This document shows positions 20,324 through 31,494 of a stretch of DNA of 64,000 nt, in pieces. The notes beneath the pieces were generated by a model. That model was given only the letters and a program-made list of their open reading frames with translations, was not told where the DNA came from and made no database searches. Numbering within the stretch: position 1 is the first letter of the stretch; the number at the start of each line of letters is the position of its first letter. The stretch lies in contig CAVZSV010000004.1 of the NCBI GenBank assembly GCA_963778115.1, positions 224,001 to 288,000 on the forward strand, read 5' to 3'. Position numbers and translations under genes: made by a program. The DNA is from an uncultured delta proteobacterium (GTDB lineage Bacteria > Bdellovibrionota > FAC87 > UBA2466).

Positions 20324-21580
20324 TCACGATCTGGCGCGACTTGGCGCTACCGTCGCAAGGGTCATGACCGACACTAATGAAATCGCGGCCATGAGTCCGC
20401 CCGTTACTTTCCAAGCGAAGGGGATGCTAGTGAACTGAGCTAAGGTTCCCACCACCATATTGCCGATGGGAAACATGCCCTGAAATAAAGTTCCCCAAAG
20501 GCCTAGGATTCTGCCGCGCAGTTCGGGACGAACACTCGATTGCATTAATGTGAGAGAGCAGACCGAAACCAATCCCACACAAGCGCCCGTGATGAAAATA
20601 AGCGGATGCATCCAGAAAAGACTTTTAGCGGAGGCAAACAGAAACAGCGCCATGCCGGAAGCGCAAGCGGCAAAGAGAATCGTCCTAACATTCATGCGAC
20701 TCGTAAAATCGGGAATTCGCGAGGCCATGATGGCAATGATGACCGAGCCCAATCCCGAGGAGACCCAGAGCCAGCCCAGTACGTGAGGATCCAGATGCAA
20801 ATACGCCTTCACATAAAGGGCTAGGAGCGTAATGTGCGGCATTATTAGGACACTCACCAAACACAAAGCCATCAAAGTAATTCGGATCGCCTTTTGGGCC
20901 CAAACATAGCTAAGCGCTTCTTTGACAGCCGTGAAAAAACTTTCATTCTTGGCTCTCGAATAGTCCTGCGTCACCAAGATTGGAACAACGAAGATAAGAG
21001 GAATTACCGCCAGAAAAGAAACTGCATTAAGGATGAAACATCCTCCCGCACCAATAAAACCTAGCAAAAGCCCCGCAAGCCCAGGGCCAATGGTTCGAGA
21101 AAGATGCAGTTGAGCGGCATTCAAAGAGACAGCCTTCCCGAGCCTTTCCCTACCCACAATATCAAAGAGAAAGCCGTGATAAGCGGGAGTGCTGATAGCG
21201 CTTCCGACACCCGTCAGAAACGCTAAGACCGCCACATGCCAAATCTTAACGACATGAAGAAGAGTAAGCGTTCCCAAGACAGCGGCGACGAACATCATCA
21301 TTAATTGTGAAACCACGAGAAGTTTTCGCCGTGGCATTCGATCCGCTAGCGTTCCTCCCACTAACGAAAGTAATAACATCGGAACGCCGGCGCAAAAGCC
21401 CACGAATCCGCTCCAAAAAGGTTCGTGGCTCAGCTCCGCTACCAACCACGATTGGGCCACCATCTGCATCCACGTTCCGACATTGGAAAGTCCAGAGCCC
21501 GTTAAGAACAGTAGAAAATGACGGGGAAGTTCTGCCCTTCCGGCGTCATCTTCACTCATTTGTTTTAGCAGGGCGCGCAT
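20324..21580 (-). CDS. MFS transporter (MFS_3 / H+ antiporter-like)
   Basis: SNVGTWMQMVAQSWLV, GGTLADRMPRRKLL, about 12 TM segments, LRGRILG. Confidence 0.9.
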   Translation of the reverse strand: MRALLKQMSEDDAGRAELPRHFLLFLTGSGLSNVGTWMQMVAQSWLVAELSHEPFWSGFVGFCAGVPMLLLSLVGGTLADRMPRRKLLVVSQLMMMFVAAVLGTLTLLHVVKIWHVAVLAFLTGVGSAISTPAYHGFLFDIVGRERLGKAVSLNAAQLHLSRTIGPGLAGLLLGFIGAGGCFILNAVSFLAVIPLIFVVPILVTQDYSRAKNESFFTAVKEALSYVWAQKAIRITLMALCLVSVLIMPHITLLALYVKAYLHLDPHVLGWLWVSSGLGSVIIAIMASRIPDFTSRMNVRTILFAACASGMALFLFASAKSLFWMHPLIFITGACVGLVSVCSLTLMQSSVRPELRGRILGLWGTLFQGMFPIGNMVVGTLAQFTSIPFAWKVTGGLMAAISLVSVMTLATVAPSRARS

Positions 21581-21598
21581 GAGCTTAAGGTAGCATGC

Positions 21599-22657
21599 TT
21601 ACCAAAGGCCGGGAACCAACTTGCCGCAATCGGGACAATGATTTGTCTTCATGCGATTCGACAAAACCGTAAATCCTCGTCGAACGACAAGCTCGCCCTT
21701 GCAATGCCCACAGTAAGTGTTTTCCCATTTTCCTACATGGCCTGGCAAATTTCCCAAGTAGACGTAGCGAAGGCCTTGCTTCTTAGCTATTTCAGCGGAA
21801 CGAAGCAGCGTGTCGACAGAAGTGTTGTCGGGGCTAGTCATTTTATAATCTTTGTGAAAGGCAGTCGCATGCCAGGGGATGTCGGGGGACACCGAGGCGA
21901 TAAATTCGGTCATTCTTTTGATCTCCTCGGGGGAGTCGTTAAATCCCGGGATCAGCAAAGTGACCAACTCGAGGAAAAAGCCCATTTGGTAAACCCGCCG
22001 AATCGACTCGAGAACAGTTGCTAAGACTCCTCCGAGTTTCCGGTAGTGTTTGTCGTCAAAACTTTTAAGATCGATCTTATAACAGTCGACGTACGGCCTG
22101 ATGTAATCCAAGACTTGCGAAGTTGCGTTTCCGTTCGAGACATAAGAGGTCATTAGCTTTTGGGCCTTGGCATGTTTAAAAATCGCTACCGCCCACTCGG
22201 AGGTAATGAGAGGTTCATTATACGTACTCGTCACCATCCGAGCTCCGTGAGAAACGGCAAGGCCTGCCACTTCGTCGGGGGTCACCTCTTCGGGTCGTGC
22301 CATCGCTTCCGGGTCTCTTAAAACTTGTGAGGTAAACCAGTTCTGACAGTACGAACAGTGGTAATCGCAGCCCAACATTCCGAAACTAAGGGCATTGGCT
22401 CCCGGTGTCACGTGGAAGAAAGGTTTCTTTTCAATGGGATCGACTTGAAGGCCGGCGACATATCCCCAGGGAACTCTAAGTTCTCCCTGGCGATTTGAGC
22501 GGACCTTACAGATGCCGTCAAAACCCTCTGGGATAAAGCAGCGATGGCCGCAAGCAAAGCAGCGGATTCCGTCACGTTCCGGCGCCCACAGCTCCCCACG
22601 GGCGGTGCGATCTTCCAGAGTCCTCTTTAGAGGCTGCATGCGGGCTTTGGCGTCCAT
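21599..22657 (-). CDS. amrS: AmmeMemoRadiSam system radical SAM enzyme
   Basis: CFACGHRC, VDPIEKKP, GCDYHCSYCQN (CxxxCxxC), TYNEP, C-terminal CxxC pairs. Confidence 0.9.
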   Translation of the reverse strand: MDAKARMQPLKRTLEDRTARGELWAPERDGIRCFACGHRCFIPEGFDGICKVRSNRQGELRVPWGYVAGLQVDPIEKKPFFHVTPGANALSFGMLGCDYHCSYCQNWFTSQVLRDPEAMARPEEVTPDEVAGLAVSHGARMVTSTYNEPLITSEWAVAIFKHAKAQKLMTSYVSNGNATSQVLDYIRPYVDCYKIDLKSFDDKHYRKLGGVLATVLESIRRVYQMGFFLELVTLLIPGFNDSPEEIKRMTEFIASVSPDIPWHATAFHKDYKMTSPDNTSVDTLLRSAEIAKKQGLRYVYLGNLPGHVGKWENTYCGHCKGELVVRRGFTVLSNRMKTNHCPDCGKLVPGLW

Positions 22658-22791
22658 TTGCTTATTCTGGGCGCATAATACGTCACGTCAACCTCAGCTT
22701 GACCGAGCAACACGATAGTCACATCGCGTCACATAGTATTGCTGAGGGCATCGCGGGGGAATGCCGATAAGTTAGTTGGGAGTGTGTACCC

Positions 22792-23703
22792 GTGTCATTT
22801 AAGGACCCCAAAAACAAATCCGGTTCATTTTCTAAGAGTGACGCTTCAAAAGCGACTAAGAAAAGACCGGCGGATGACGAGCGCGATCACGCTGAGCGCA
22901 CGGAGGCCCGAGAGCCCATCGTATTTACGATCGATCCGAACGATGTCTCGCGGGAATTCCGTATCGAGACGTCCGAGAATCAGTTGTCGAAGCAATTGGA
23001 TCTGCTCAAAGATCAGATCAAAGATATTTCGCATCTCGACGGGGGCGATGCCCTAACGAGCGATCAAACAGAGCTATTGCGCAAGTATATCTCTCTTAAG
23101 GAAGCGGAAGTTCGGGACCTAAAAGACCAAAGAGGACAGTACCAAAATTACCTAAAGCGGCTGACTCACGATTTAGAAACGTATACGCGCCGAAATCGCG
23201 AAGTGATGACGGAATTAGAAAGCTTGAAGCGGTCGGATGATTCGCTAAAGAGCGAATTAAGACACATTAAATCTCAGTACGAAGACCAGATTCAGCTGCT
23301 CAAAAATGATTACGAAGAACGCCTTCGCGCTTCCGGAAATTATCAGTCCGAATACGATGACTTGGTGAAAAAACGCGAAGAATGGAAAGAGCGCGTCAGA
23401 GAAGATTTAAAACGGATCAAACTTAAAGAGCGCGAGCTGGAAAACAAGTACGAACTTCTCAAACGCGATATGCAGGCGCTTTTAGACTCCAAAGACAGAC
23501 ACGTACTTGAACTTAAGAAGAAGACCGATGCCCTTGAACTCGAACAGGAGTCCCTTGAAGACAGGCTAAGGAACAGCAATTCTGTTCTGGGCGCAGTCGA
23601 TGCAAAGAAACGGCGCCTCATCGAAACGTTACGACTCGCAATCACGCTTTTAGAATCAATAGACCACAACGCAGAAGACGATTCCGAACGAAAAGCTGGA
23701 TAA
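22792..23703 (+). CDS. Coiled-coil hypothetical protein
   Basis: Long charged heptad-rich helix; ends 3 nt before the diguanylate cyclase start. Confidence 0.7.
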   Translation: MSFKDPKNKSGSFSKSDASKATKKRPADDERDHAERTEAREPIVFTIDPNDVSREFRIETSENQLSKQLDLLKDQIKDISHLDGGDALTSDQTELLRKYISLKEAEVRDLKDQRGQYQNYLKRLTHDLETYTRRNREVMTELESLKRSDDSLKSELRHIKSQYEDQIQLLKNDYEERLRASGNYQSEYDDLVKKREEWKERVREDLKRIKLKERELENKYELLKRDMQALLDSKDRHVLELKKKTDALELEQESLEDRLRNSNSVLGAVDAKKRRLIETLRLAITLLESIDHNAEDDSERKAG

Positions 23704-23706
23704 CGA

Positions 23707-25056
23707 ATGGATCAGCATTCCTCAATTCCTCAGGTCTTTTTGATGATAGCCGATCCGGTGCTCGAAGGAATTTACCGAACCCGGCTCACCTCTCCGCAAT
23801 ATTGCACCGTCTGGTGTGAAACGGGCGAAGGCTGGGAGCACTCGCTTTCGACATTTGCTTACGATCTTATTGTGGTGGACCTCTCTCTTTTTCCGGACGA
23901 TCCCAAAGAAGGCTTGCGACAGGTAAGGCAATTTTCCCCCGTGTCAGACATTATCGTGCTCTCTTCCAGTGAAGACGTCCGTGTCGCTATCGCCGCCTTT
24001 AAAGTGGGAATTCAAGAGTATTTCTTAAAGCCCACCTCTCCCGAACAGCTCGAATGGGCGGTTGAGAAAACCTTACGCCAGAGACAATTCAATAGCTCCA
24101 ATCTCCCCTTTGCCGCCGATCTCGATGTCTTTCGCGCCACCCACCATATCAGTATGGCGGAGAACGAGACCAAAATGCGGGAACTGGCGATGCGAAGCCT
24201 TATCTCCATGAGCCACGCCAAAGGCGGTGTTTGGATCTGGCCTGAAAAAAATGGCCAATGCAAAACCGAAGTCCATCGAGCCACACCAACCGAAGCGGAA
24301 AAGGCATGGCAAAGCTACCTGTCGACTTTAGGCGGTACCGCACAACCTAGTTTTGAGAGTCAGCTCACCTGCCATCCTGAACAATGGTTTGAAGAAGGAA
24401 ATGCCTGGATCCCGCTAAAGAGCGAGCTCATGGGGGGAATCTTTCTTTTTGGAGTCAGCGCCGAAATCGACAGCTCAGCCCAGGCACGTGCCGAATTTCT
24501 GGTACGCAACTTAGAACTCTCTTTAGAAAACGGACGGCGCTATCTGGAAGCCAAACAGCTTAGCTATGTCGACGATTTCACGGGACTGTATAATTCACGC
24601 TACTTAGATATCGCCCTGAGCTCCGCCATCGAAGGAGCGAGTAGCACCAATATTGGATTTTCAGTCCTCTTCATTGACGTCGACCATTTTAAGTCGGTAA
24701 ACGATAAGTTCGGTCATATGACGGGAAGTGGTCTACTCATCGGCCTCGCCGAATTCATGAAGCGGTTGGTCCGCCAAGGTGACCAACTTTTTCGGTATGG
24801 CGGCGACGAATTCATCATCATTTTGAACAAAACCTTGCCCGGCGGAGCGGTTCAAGTCGCCGAACGTATCCGATCTCAGATCGAGCGGCACAAATTTCAT
24901 ATTTTAGGGCATGACATCAACATTACGGTAAGCATCGGAGTGTCTCGTTTTCCTGAACACAGTAAGACGAAGAGGAACATTATCGAACTTGCCGATCAGG
25001 CTATGTACTCGGGTAAAAGCCGAGGGCGCAACGCCGTTTACGAAGCGATCCCATGA
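23707..25056 (+). CDS. Response-regulator diguanylate cyclase (REC - middle domain - GGDEF)
   Basis: REC-like DLIVVDL...FLKP; DDFTGLYN, DVDHFKSVNDKFGH, RQGD I-site, intact YGGDEF. Confidence 0.92.
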   Translation: MDQHSSIPQVFLMIADPVLEGIYRTRLTSPQYCTVWCETGEGWEHSLSTFAYDLIVVDLSLFPDDPKEGLRQVRQFSPVSDIIVLSSSEDVRVAIAAFKVGIQEYFLKPTSPEQLEWAVEKTLRQRQFNSSNLPFAADLDVFRATHHISMAENETKMRELAMRSLISMSHAKGGVWIWPEKNGQCKTEVHRATPTEAEKAWQSYLSTLGGTAQPSFESQLTCHPEQWFEEGNAWIPLKSELMGGIFLFGVSAEIDSSAQARAEFLVRNLELSLENGRRYLEAKQLSYVDDFTGLYNSRYLDIALSSAIEGASSTNIGFSVLFIDVDHFKSVNDKFGHMTGSGLLIGLAEFMKRLVRQGDQLFRYGGDEFIIILNKTLPGGAVQVAERIRSQIERHKFHILGHDINITVSIGVSRFPEHSKTKRNIIELADQAMYSGKSRGRNAVYEAIP

Positions 25057-26132
25057 AGAAGTTAAAGCTCGTCGTATCCGATTTCCATTTGGGCAGAGGC
25101 AAGTACCTCTCCAATGGACACCTCAACCAACTAGAAGATTTTTACCACGACGCTAAATTCAAAGAGTTCTTGGACTATTACTCCGAAGGGGAGCACCGCC
25201 AAGACGATATCGAACTCATCTTCAACGGCGACATGCTTAATCTCATTCAAACTGACTATCATGGTCATTATACCGTGGTGATCACCGAGACGGTATCGAC
25301 TACCAAACTTAGGGCTATCATCGACGGCCATCCGATTTTTTTTAAAGCGCTTCGCCATTTCCTCTCCCACCCCACCCACTCCATGACTTTTGTGATCGGA
25401 AATCACGATCAGGAGATGCTCTGGAAAGGGGCCCGGACCATGTTCGAAGCGGCCATTGGTCGTGAAATCCAATGGAAGAACATCCATTACCAAATTGACG
25501 GCATCCATATTGAGCACGGCCATCAGTACGAAGCGGTGAACCGGATGGACCCCACTCAACTCTTTCTGACCGAAGGGCTTCCTGAACCTATTCTTAATCT
25601 GCCTTGGGGAACGCTCTTTACGATTCAATTTATTGTTCGCCTTAAGCAACAGCGCCCCGCCGTAGATAAAGTTCGCCCCTTTCGGATGGTCGTATACTGG
25701 AGTCTTGTGCACGATACCTGGATGGCACTCACGAGCCTTACTCGACTTATCGTCTACTTTTTTTCCACCCGGCTAAGCAAGAATCGTTATCGGCAATCTA
25801 GTCTTAAGATGACCCTTAAGATTCTTCGTGAAGCTTCCGTCTTTCCTGACCTTACGGACGCCGCACGCAGAATTTTGCGCAGTCCCGATGTCCATACTGT
25901 GATCTTTGGCCATACCCACGTGTACAAACATGTTCCGGTCGGAGATGCCAAGCAGTACATCAACTTAGGGACTTGGACTGACGTTATTTCCTTAGATATT
26001 GAAAGTTATGCCAGAAGAGCCAGACTTACCTATGTCAGAGTCGACTACGATCCCGAAACCGGAAGAGCGATCCCCCTACTCCGACACTGGATTGGACGGA
26101 TTGCTTTGGAAGACGATGCGATGGGAATGTAA
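25053..26132 (+). CDS. Calcineurin-like metallophosphoesterase
   Basis: SDFHLG, NGD, GNHD, EHGH, FGHTH; ATGA overlap with the cyclase gene. Confidence 0.88.
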   Translation: MKKLKLVVSDFHLGRGKYLSNGHLNQLEDFYHDAKFKEFLDYYSEGEHRQDDIELIFNGDMLNLIQTDYHGHYTVVITETVSTTKLRAIIDGHPIFFKALRHFLSHPTHSMTFVIGNHDQEMLWKGARTMFEAAIGREIQWKNIHYQIDGIHIEHGHQYEAVNRMDPTQLFLTEGLPEPILNLPWGTLFTIQFIVRLKQQRPAVDKVRPFRMVVYWSLVHDTWMALTSLTRLIVYFFSTRLSKNRYRQSSLKMTLKILREASVFPDLTDAARRILRSPDVHTVIFGHTHVYKHVPVGDAKQYINLGTWTDVISLDIESYARRARLTYVRVDYDPETGRAIPLLRHWIGRIALEDDAMGM

Positions 26133-26136
26133 CTTA

Positions 26137-26172
26137 CTGCCATTGCGAGAAGCCGAAGGCCATGCGGCAAGC
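26137..26172 (+). repeat. Intergenic REP-like element, copy 2
   Basis: CTGCCATTGCGAGAAGCCGAAGGCCATGCGGCAAGC. Confidence 0.45.
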
Positions 26173-26197
26173 CTGAGGTCTTAGCGGTAAAGTACCT

Positions 26198-26440
26198 TTA
26201 TTCCGGCAAACTCGAATGGCTCCCATCACACCTAGGCTTCGTTTTCGAGTTTTTACACCCGCACCACGCCACCTTTTCAGCCGATTTAAATTCGCAAATG
26301 ACCGGGGTGAAATCCGTATTTTTGTGAGAACCATCGCAGTAGGGCTGATTTTCAGAAAACCCACACGAACACCAGGCCTTCTTTCCCGGTTTCTCGTCTA
26401 AAACGTAGGGACCACGCTTGGCGATATGAGGAGTTGCCAT
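26198..26440 (-). CDS. CDGSH iron-sulfur domain protein (two motifs)
   Basis: [17 protein letters not shown] and [17 protein letters not shown]. Confidence 0.93.
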   Translation of the reverse strand: MATPHIAKRGPYVLDEKPGKKAWCSCGFSENQPYCDGSHKNTDFTPVICEFKSAEKVAWCGCKNSKTKPRCDGSHSSLPE

Positions 26441-26525
26441 GACTTCCTTCCTTATACTAATGAACTGTTTAGTATATTTGAAGCATGGGTACTGTCACGC
26501 CCAATTAGGCTGAAAACGCTACTGA

Positions 26526-27254
26526 ATGGAACGAATGTTGGATATACCTAAGAAGCTACTTAATCTAATCTGTCTGGGGCTTTGCGTGATCTGGAGTGCG
26601 GGATGTGCCTTTATCTCCGTCCCCCTTTATTGGATCAAACGATCCTATGGCCAACGGGTGCACCGATTCTTCGGTCAGGGCTGGCTAACCATTATGGGAA
26701 TCGAACTCAAAGTTATCGACGCACAGAATTTTCCCGAAAAAGGGGTCTTGGCCCCTAATCACCAAAGCATGTTTGATATCCCGGTACTCTCTTCACTCCC
26801 CATTACGTTCCGATGGATCTCCAAAAAGGAGGTCAAAAGGATCCCTTTTATCGGCTGGTCGATGCAAGCCATGGGCTGTTATTTTGTGGCCCGTGATCGA
26901 TCCGGCAAAGATCTTAATGTCATGAAAGTCGTGGAAGAGGATCTCCAACGGGGCAATTGCGTGGTTATCTTTCCCGAAGGGACCCGAACCCGCACGGGTG
27001 AGCTACTTCCGTTTAAGAAAGGCGCTTTTAAAATCGCGCAAAATTCAGGCGTTCCGCTAGTCCCTATCGCCATCACGGGAACCAGGTCGATTGCCCCTCC
27101 TGGAAAATTCCCTTCGCGCAAACATCGAGTCCTGCTCAGAGTAGGAAAGCCCTTGTTTGTAGAAAAAGGCGAGTCCCTGGAAAAAGCGGCCTCGACCTAT
27201 CGAGAGGCCCTTGTCGGTCTTTTGGAAAAAAACCGGGCGGAGTTGCCTTCATAA
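26526..27254 (+). CDS. plsC: 1-acyl-sn-glycerol-3-phosphate acyltransferase
   Basis: NHQSMFD, FPEGTR, FKKGAF. Confidence 0.88.
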   Translation: MERMLDIPKKLLNLICLGLCVIWSAGCAFISVPLYWIKRSYGQRVHRFFGQGWLTIMGIELKVIDAQNFPEKGVLAPNHQSMFDIPVLSSLPITFRWISKKEVKRIPFIGWSMQAMGCYFVARDRSGKDLNVMKVVEEDLQRGNCVVIFPEGTRTRTGELLPFKKGAFKIAQNSGVPLVPIAITGTRSIAPPGKFPSRKHRVLLRVGKPLFVEKGESLEKAASTYREALVGLLEKNRAELPS

Positions 27255-27303
27255 GCTGTGGTAGTTACGCACGAAAGATGTTAAAACAACTAGTTAAGGC
27301 TAT

Positions 27304-29829
27304 ATGGTAAAAGATTTTGCAAAGAAAATATTCGGCAGCCGAAATCAGCGCGAAGTAAAGCGCCTTCGTCCCCTCGTCCAACGGGTCAATGCCCTGGAAT
27401 CGAAGATGACCGTGCTCAGCCAGGACCAACTGGTAGCCAAAACAGGAGAATTTAAGGAGCGTGTGGCCAAGGGAGAGAGCCTCGAGTCCCTTATGCCCGA
27501 AGCCTTTGCGGTGGTCAGAGAGACGTCAAAACGGCTCATGAACATGCGCCATTTTGACGTCCAGCTAATCGGCGGATGTGTCCTTCACGAAGGCAAGGTC
27601 GCTGAGATGCGAACCGGCGAAGGAAAAACGCTGGTTGCCACCCTTCCCGTCTATCTCAATGCGCTTACGGGTAAGGGGGTTCATGTCGTTACGGTTAACG
27701 ACTACCTTGCCAAACGCGACAGCGACTGGATGGGACAGATCTATAGAGCGCTCGGTCTCACGACAGGATGTATCGTCCATGGCCTGACCGATCCCGAGCG
27801 AAAGCAAAATTACGCCGCTGACGTCACCTATGGAACCAATAACGAATTCGGCTTTGACTACTTGCGCGATAACATGAAGTTTCGATTGGAAGACTTTGTC
27901 CAGCGCGATCTTCACTACGCCATCATCGACGAAGTCGATTCTATCTTAATTGACGAGGCTCGAACGCCTCTCATCATTAGCGGGCCGACAGACGATTCGA
28001 CCGACAAATATTACTCAATCAATGCCGTAATACCGATTCTCCAAAAAGAGGTGGACTACACCATCGAAGAGAAGTCCAGAACTGCGGCCCTCAATGATTC
28101 GGGAATCGTTAAGTTGGAAAAGGCTCTACACGTAAACAATATTTACGCTCCGGAGCACATGGAGCTCGTTCATCACGTACACCAAGCCCTTAAAGCCCAC
28201 GCCCTTTTTGAACGCGATGTCGATTATGTCGTGAAAGAGGGAGAGGTCATTATCGTCGACGAATTCACCGGCCGTTTAATGCCCGGGCGTCGTTATAGCG
28301 ACGGATTGCACCAAGCTTTGGAGGCCAAAGAGGGTGTCACGATCGAAAACGAGAATCAGACGCTTGCCACGGTGACGTTTCAAAACTTTTTTCGAATGTA
28401 CAAGAAGCTGGCCGGTATGACCGGAACGGCCGATACCGAAGCCGCCGAGTTCCAAAGCATTTATAACTTGGAAGTGCTGGTTATCCCCACCAACCGCAAC
28501 ATGATCCGTATCGATAATGCGGACGTGGTCTATAAGACCGAGAAGGGGAAGTACAGCGCCATTTGCGACGAGATAGAAGAGTTGTTCAAGAGAAAACAGC
28601 CGGCCCTCGTGGGCACGATTTCTATCGAAAAATCAGAGTATCTAAGTGAACTGTTGAAAAAACGTGGCGTTCCCCATAACGTTTTAAACGCCAAACACCA
28701 TGAACGTGAAGCTGAGATAGTGGCACAGGCGGGGCACCCCGGAATGATTACCATTGCCACTAACATGGCGGGTCGAGGTACCGATATCGTTTTAGGACCC
28801 GGTGTCGCTGACATGGGCGGCCTTCATATTCTTGGCACCGAGCGCCACGAATCCCGCCGTATCGACAATCAGCTTCGCGGTCGAGCCGGACGCCAAGGAG
28901 ATCCGGGATCGAGCCGCTTTTATCTCTCCTTAGAAGACAAGCTATTACGTATTTTCCAAGGCGACAAGATTAAGGGCTACATGGATCGCTTCAACATGCC
29001 CGAAGATGAGCCCATTGAACACAAACTCATTTCGCGCGCTATTGAAAACGCGCAGAAAAAAGTGGAAGGCCATAACTACGATATCCGCAAACATTTGCTC
29101 GAATATGATGACGTTCTCAATAAGCAAAGAGAAGTCGTTTACGAATTACGTCGGCTTATTTTAGGCGGCGAAAACAACCGACCGCTGGTCATGGATATCG
29201 TCCGGGAAAACGTTACCAATCTTGCCGAAGCCTTTTGCTCAAACAAATTGACCTCGGAGTGGGATACCAAAGGGCTACTAGAATCGCTCATCTTCTTATT
29301 TGATACGAACTTAGGGCTAGAGGCCGACTTTATCACTCATAAAGTAGGGTCTAAAGAGGATCTCGTTGAGGAGATCTTCCGGCGGGCGGAAAAACTATAC
29401 GCCGATCGCGAAAAGTCGATGACCGAGCCGGTGATGCGCCAACTTGAGCACGTTATCTATTTGGGTGCCATAGACCAGTTATGGAAAGATCATCTGCTTA
29501 ATATGGACCATCTCAAAGAAGGGGTGGGGCTCAGAGGGTACGGCCAAAAAGATCCTTTGGTCGAATACAAGAAAGAGGGTTTTACCCTCTTTAAGATGAT
29601 GGACGAGCAGGTAAAGACCGATGTCATCACCCGTCTGTACCGTATTCAGGTGACACGAGAAGAACAGGTCGAACAGCTGCAGCCCAAAGAACAGCCGATG
29701 AACTTCTTTCATGGCGACGAATCGCAAAGCGTTAGGGACCCGATTCGCCGCGACGATGAGAAGGTAGGCAGAAACGATCCCTGTCCTTGCGGTAGCGGCA
29801 AGAAGTACAAAAAGTGTCACGGTAAGTAG
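27304..29829 (+). CDS. secA: Preprotein translocase subunit SecA
   Basis: [38 protein letters not shown]-terminal [18 protein letters not shown]. Confidence 0.98.
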   Translation: MVKDFAKKIFGSRNQREVKRLRPLVQRVNALESKMTVLSQDQLVAKTGEFKERVAKGESLESLMPEAFAVVRETSKRLMNMRHFDVQLIGGCVLHEGKVAEMRTGEGKTLVATLPVYLNALTGKGVHVVTVNDYLAKRDSDWMGQIYRALGLTTGCIVHGLTDPERKQNYAADVTYGTNNEFGFDYLRDNMKFRLEDFVQRDLHYAIIDEVDSILIDEARTPLIISGPTDDSTDKYYSINAVIPILQKEVDYTIEEKSRTAALNDSGIVKLEKALHVNNIYAPEHMELVHHVHQALKAHALFERDVDYVVKEGEVIIVDEFTGRLMPGRRYSDGLHQALEAKEGVTIENENQTLATVTFQNFFRMYKKLAGMTGTADTEAAEFQSIYNLEVLVIPTNRNMIRIDNADVVYKTEKGKYSAICDEIEELFKRKQPALVGTISIEKSEYLSELLKKRGVPHNVLNAKHHEREAEIVAQAGHPGMITIATNMAGRGTDIVLGPGVADMGGLHILGTERHESRRIDNQLRGRAGRQGDPGSSRFYLSLEDKLLRIFQGDKIKGYMDRFNMPEDEPIEHKLISRAIENAQKKVEGHNYDIRKHLLEYDDVLNKQREVVYELRRLILGGENNRPLVMDIVRENVTNLAEAFCSNKLTSEWDTKGLLESLIFLFDTNLGLEADFITHKVGSKEDLVEEIFRRAEKLYADREKSMTEPVMRQLEHVIYLGAIDQLWKDHLLNMDHLKEGVGLRGYGQKDPLVEYKKEGFTLFKMMDEQVKTDVITRLYRIQVTREEQVEQLQPKEQPMNFFHGDESQSVRDPIRRDDEKVGRNDPCPCGSGKKYKKCHGK

Positions 29830-29862
29830 TAAGACCTTAGAAAACCTTGGGGGGCCAACCGA

Positions 29863-30480
29863 ATGATCTCGACATGTCCCAATTGCAAAAACCAGATGGA
29901 GCATGAAGACTATCTGTTCGAAGTTGAGTGCAAGTGCGGAATGCGATTTAACCCCTTTTACGATGTAAAGACGGGCGATACGGGAAGCACCACGAACGCT
30001 GAAGATCCGGGAACCGGAGGGGATCGAAGTATGGAAAACCCTCTCTCCGACTTTTCTGAAAGCCGAACCGCCTTCCAAGAGATCGTTCAGTTTGGTGAGA
30101 CGATGAACGAGCCTCCGAAGCCCAAAGCAAAAACGCCACCTACGGTACCCGCCCCTAAGGCCACCTCGAAAGCTCCGCCAATAAGTAGTCTTAGCTCGGA
30201 TACTGAAGTTTCGTCGATGGGGAGTACTTCTAGCGCAGATAGGCTCATTACGAATGGCCCAACGGTACCCGGCTATGAGAACCAAACTTACTTTCTTCCG
30301 GTATCCGCTTGGACCTCGACCGATACCGACAATCCTTTGGGGCCCGGTTTTGAAACCCTTTGGAACGCTGTTGTGGCGTGTGGCGCCAACGCCCTCACTT
30401 GCGTCCATTGGAAGTTTAGCCCCGATGGAACGCGTATCCTAATTAGCGGTATTCCAGTCCTTTGCGTAAAAGTGGGATAA
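29863..30480 (+). CDS. Hypothetical protein with N-terminal zinc ribbon, disordered linker and possible YbjQ-like C-terminal domain
   Basis: CPNC...CKCG; Pro/Ser/Thr-rich middle; GANA motif near C-terminus. Confidence 0.6.
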   Translation: MISTCPNCKNQMEHEDYLFEVECKCGMRFNPFYDVKTGDTGSTTNAEDPGTGGDRSMENPLSDFSESRTAFQEIVQFGETMNEPPKPKAKTPPTVPAPKATSKAPPISSLSSDTEVSSMGSTSSADRLITNGPTVPGYENQTYFLPVSAWTSTDTDNPLGPGFETLWNAVVACGANALTCVHWKFSPDGTRILISGIPVLCVKVG

Positions 30481-30986
30481 ATTCTGATCTTCCCGGCCTT
30501 AGGCCTATTGGGGCCCGCGCGCTGAAAAGTGCTATCGATACTATTCGACCGTGGATCGAAGGAGCCGAAGTTGTAGACCTCTTTTCGGGAAAGGGACGCC
30601 TTGGGCTTGCGGCCCTGGAAGAAGGGGCAAAGTCGGTAATTTTCGTAGAGAACAACGCCGCCACTTTGAAGGAGCTAAGTTCCTCTTTCAAAGGCGACTT
30701 ATCTCGAGTCCGCTTTGTCAAAAGCGACGCCCTTCGCTTCTTGTTAACCACGGCTTCCAAAGACCAGCGTTTCGATATTGTTTTTGCCGATCCCCCCTTC
30801 CCGCTGTGGAATGAAAAGTTCACCCTGGAACTTCAAAATGCCGTCCTTTCCGTGCTAAGGCCAAATTCAATTTTTCTTGTGAAACACCCGACCCGAGTGG
30901 TACCTTCCCCTCCTATTCCAGGCCTATCCGCTTGGAAGGAAACTCTTTTTGGAGAAAGTCGGCTGCTTTATTTCCGATCGGGATAA
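30462..30986 (+). CDS. rsmD: 16S rRNA m2G966 methyltransferase RsmD-like
   Basis: LRP, DLFSGKGRLGLAAL, FDIVFADPPF; directly upstream of coaD. Start uncertain. Confidence 0.85.
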   Translation: MRKSGINSDLPGLRPIGARALKSAIDTIRPWIEGAEVVDLFSGKGRLGLAALEEGAKSVIFVENNAATLKELSSSFKGDLSRVRFVKSDALRFLLTTASKDQRFDIVFADPPFPLWNEKFTLELQNAVLSVLRPNSIFLVKHPTRVVPSPPIPGLSAWKETLFGESRLLYFRSG

Positions 30987-31008
30987 ATGGTGCGGCCGGA
31001 GTCAGACG

Positions 31009-31494
31009 ATGCCATCACACGAGCGCCGCGCGGTCTATCCCGGAACTTTCGATCCCATCACCCATGGCCATGTGGATCTGATTACCCGATCGCTAGTGTT
31101 CTTTGATCAAATTGTGGTTTTAGTGGCCCACTCGAAAAAAGCTCCCCTGTTCGACGCCCAAACTCGAAAGGCTTTGGTCGAGGAGTGTTTTAGTAAAGAG
31201 GGAAAGGTAAAAGTCGAAATTTACGATGGCCTGCTCGCTGACTATGCCAAGACGGCCGGAATTCATGTGGTGCTCCGCGGATTGCGTGGTATCTCCGACT
31301 TCGATTATGAATTCCAAATGGCGACAATGAACCGCCGCATGTATCCCGACTTACAAACTTTCTTTCTCATGGCGTCAGAACGATTTTTCTTTGTCAATTC
31401 AACCCTGGTAAAGGAAGTGATCTCTCACGGTGGTAACGTGAGCGAACTCGTTCCCCCCCATGTAGAAAAGAAACTAAGAGAACGCCTATGCTAA
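31009..31494 (+). CDS. coaD: Pantetheine-phosphate adenylyltransferase
   Basis: YPGTFDPITHGHVD, RGLR, DFDYEFQMATMNR. Confidence 0.95.
   Translation: MPSHERRAVYPGTFDPITHGHVDLITRSLVFFDQIVVLVAHSKKAPLFDAQTRKALVEECFSKEGKVKVEIYDGLLADYAKTAGIHVVLRGLRGISDFDYEFQMATMNRRMYPDLQTFFLMASERFFFVNSTLVKEVISHGGNVSELVPPHVEKKLRERLC

Noticed and set aside
29479..30408. Long antisense ORFs (309 aa here; also 763-1302, 12892-13500, 25131-25712, 36013-36663) and the same-strand alternate-frame ORF 45493-46239
   Set aside because: They overlap well-supported genes and show no recognisable motifs, so they are treated as shadow ORFs.
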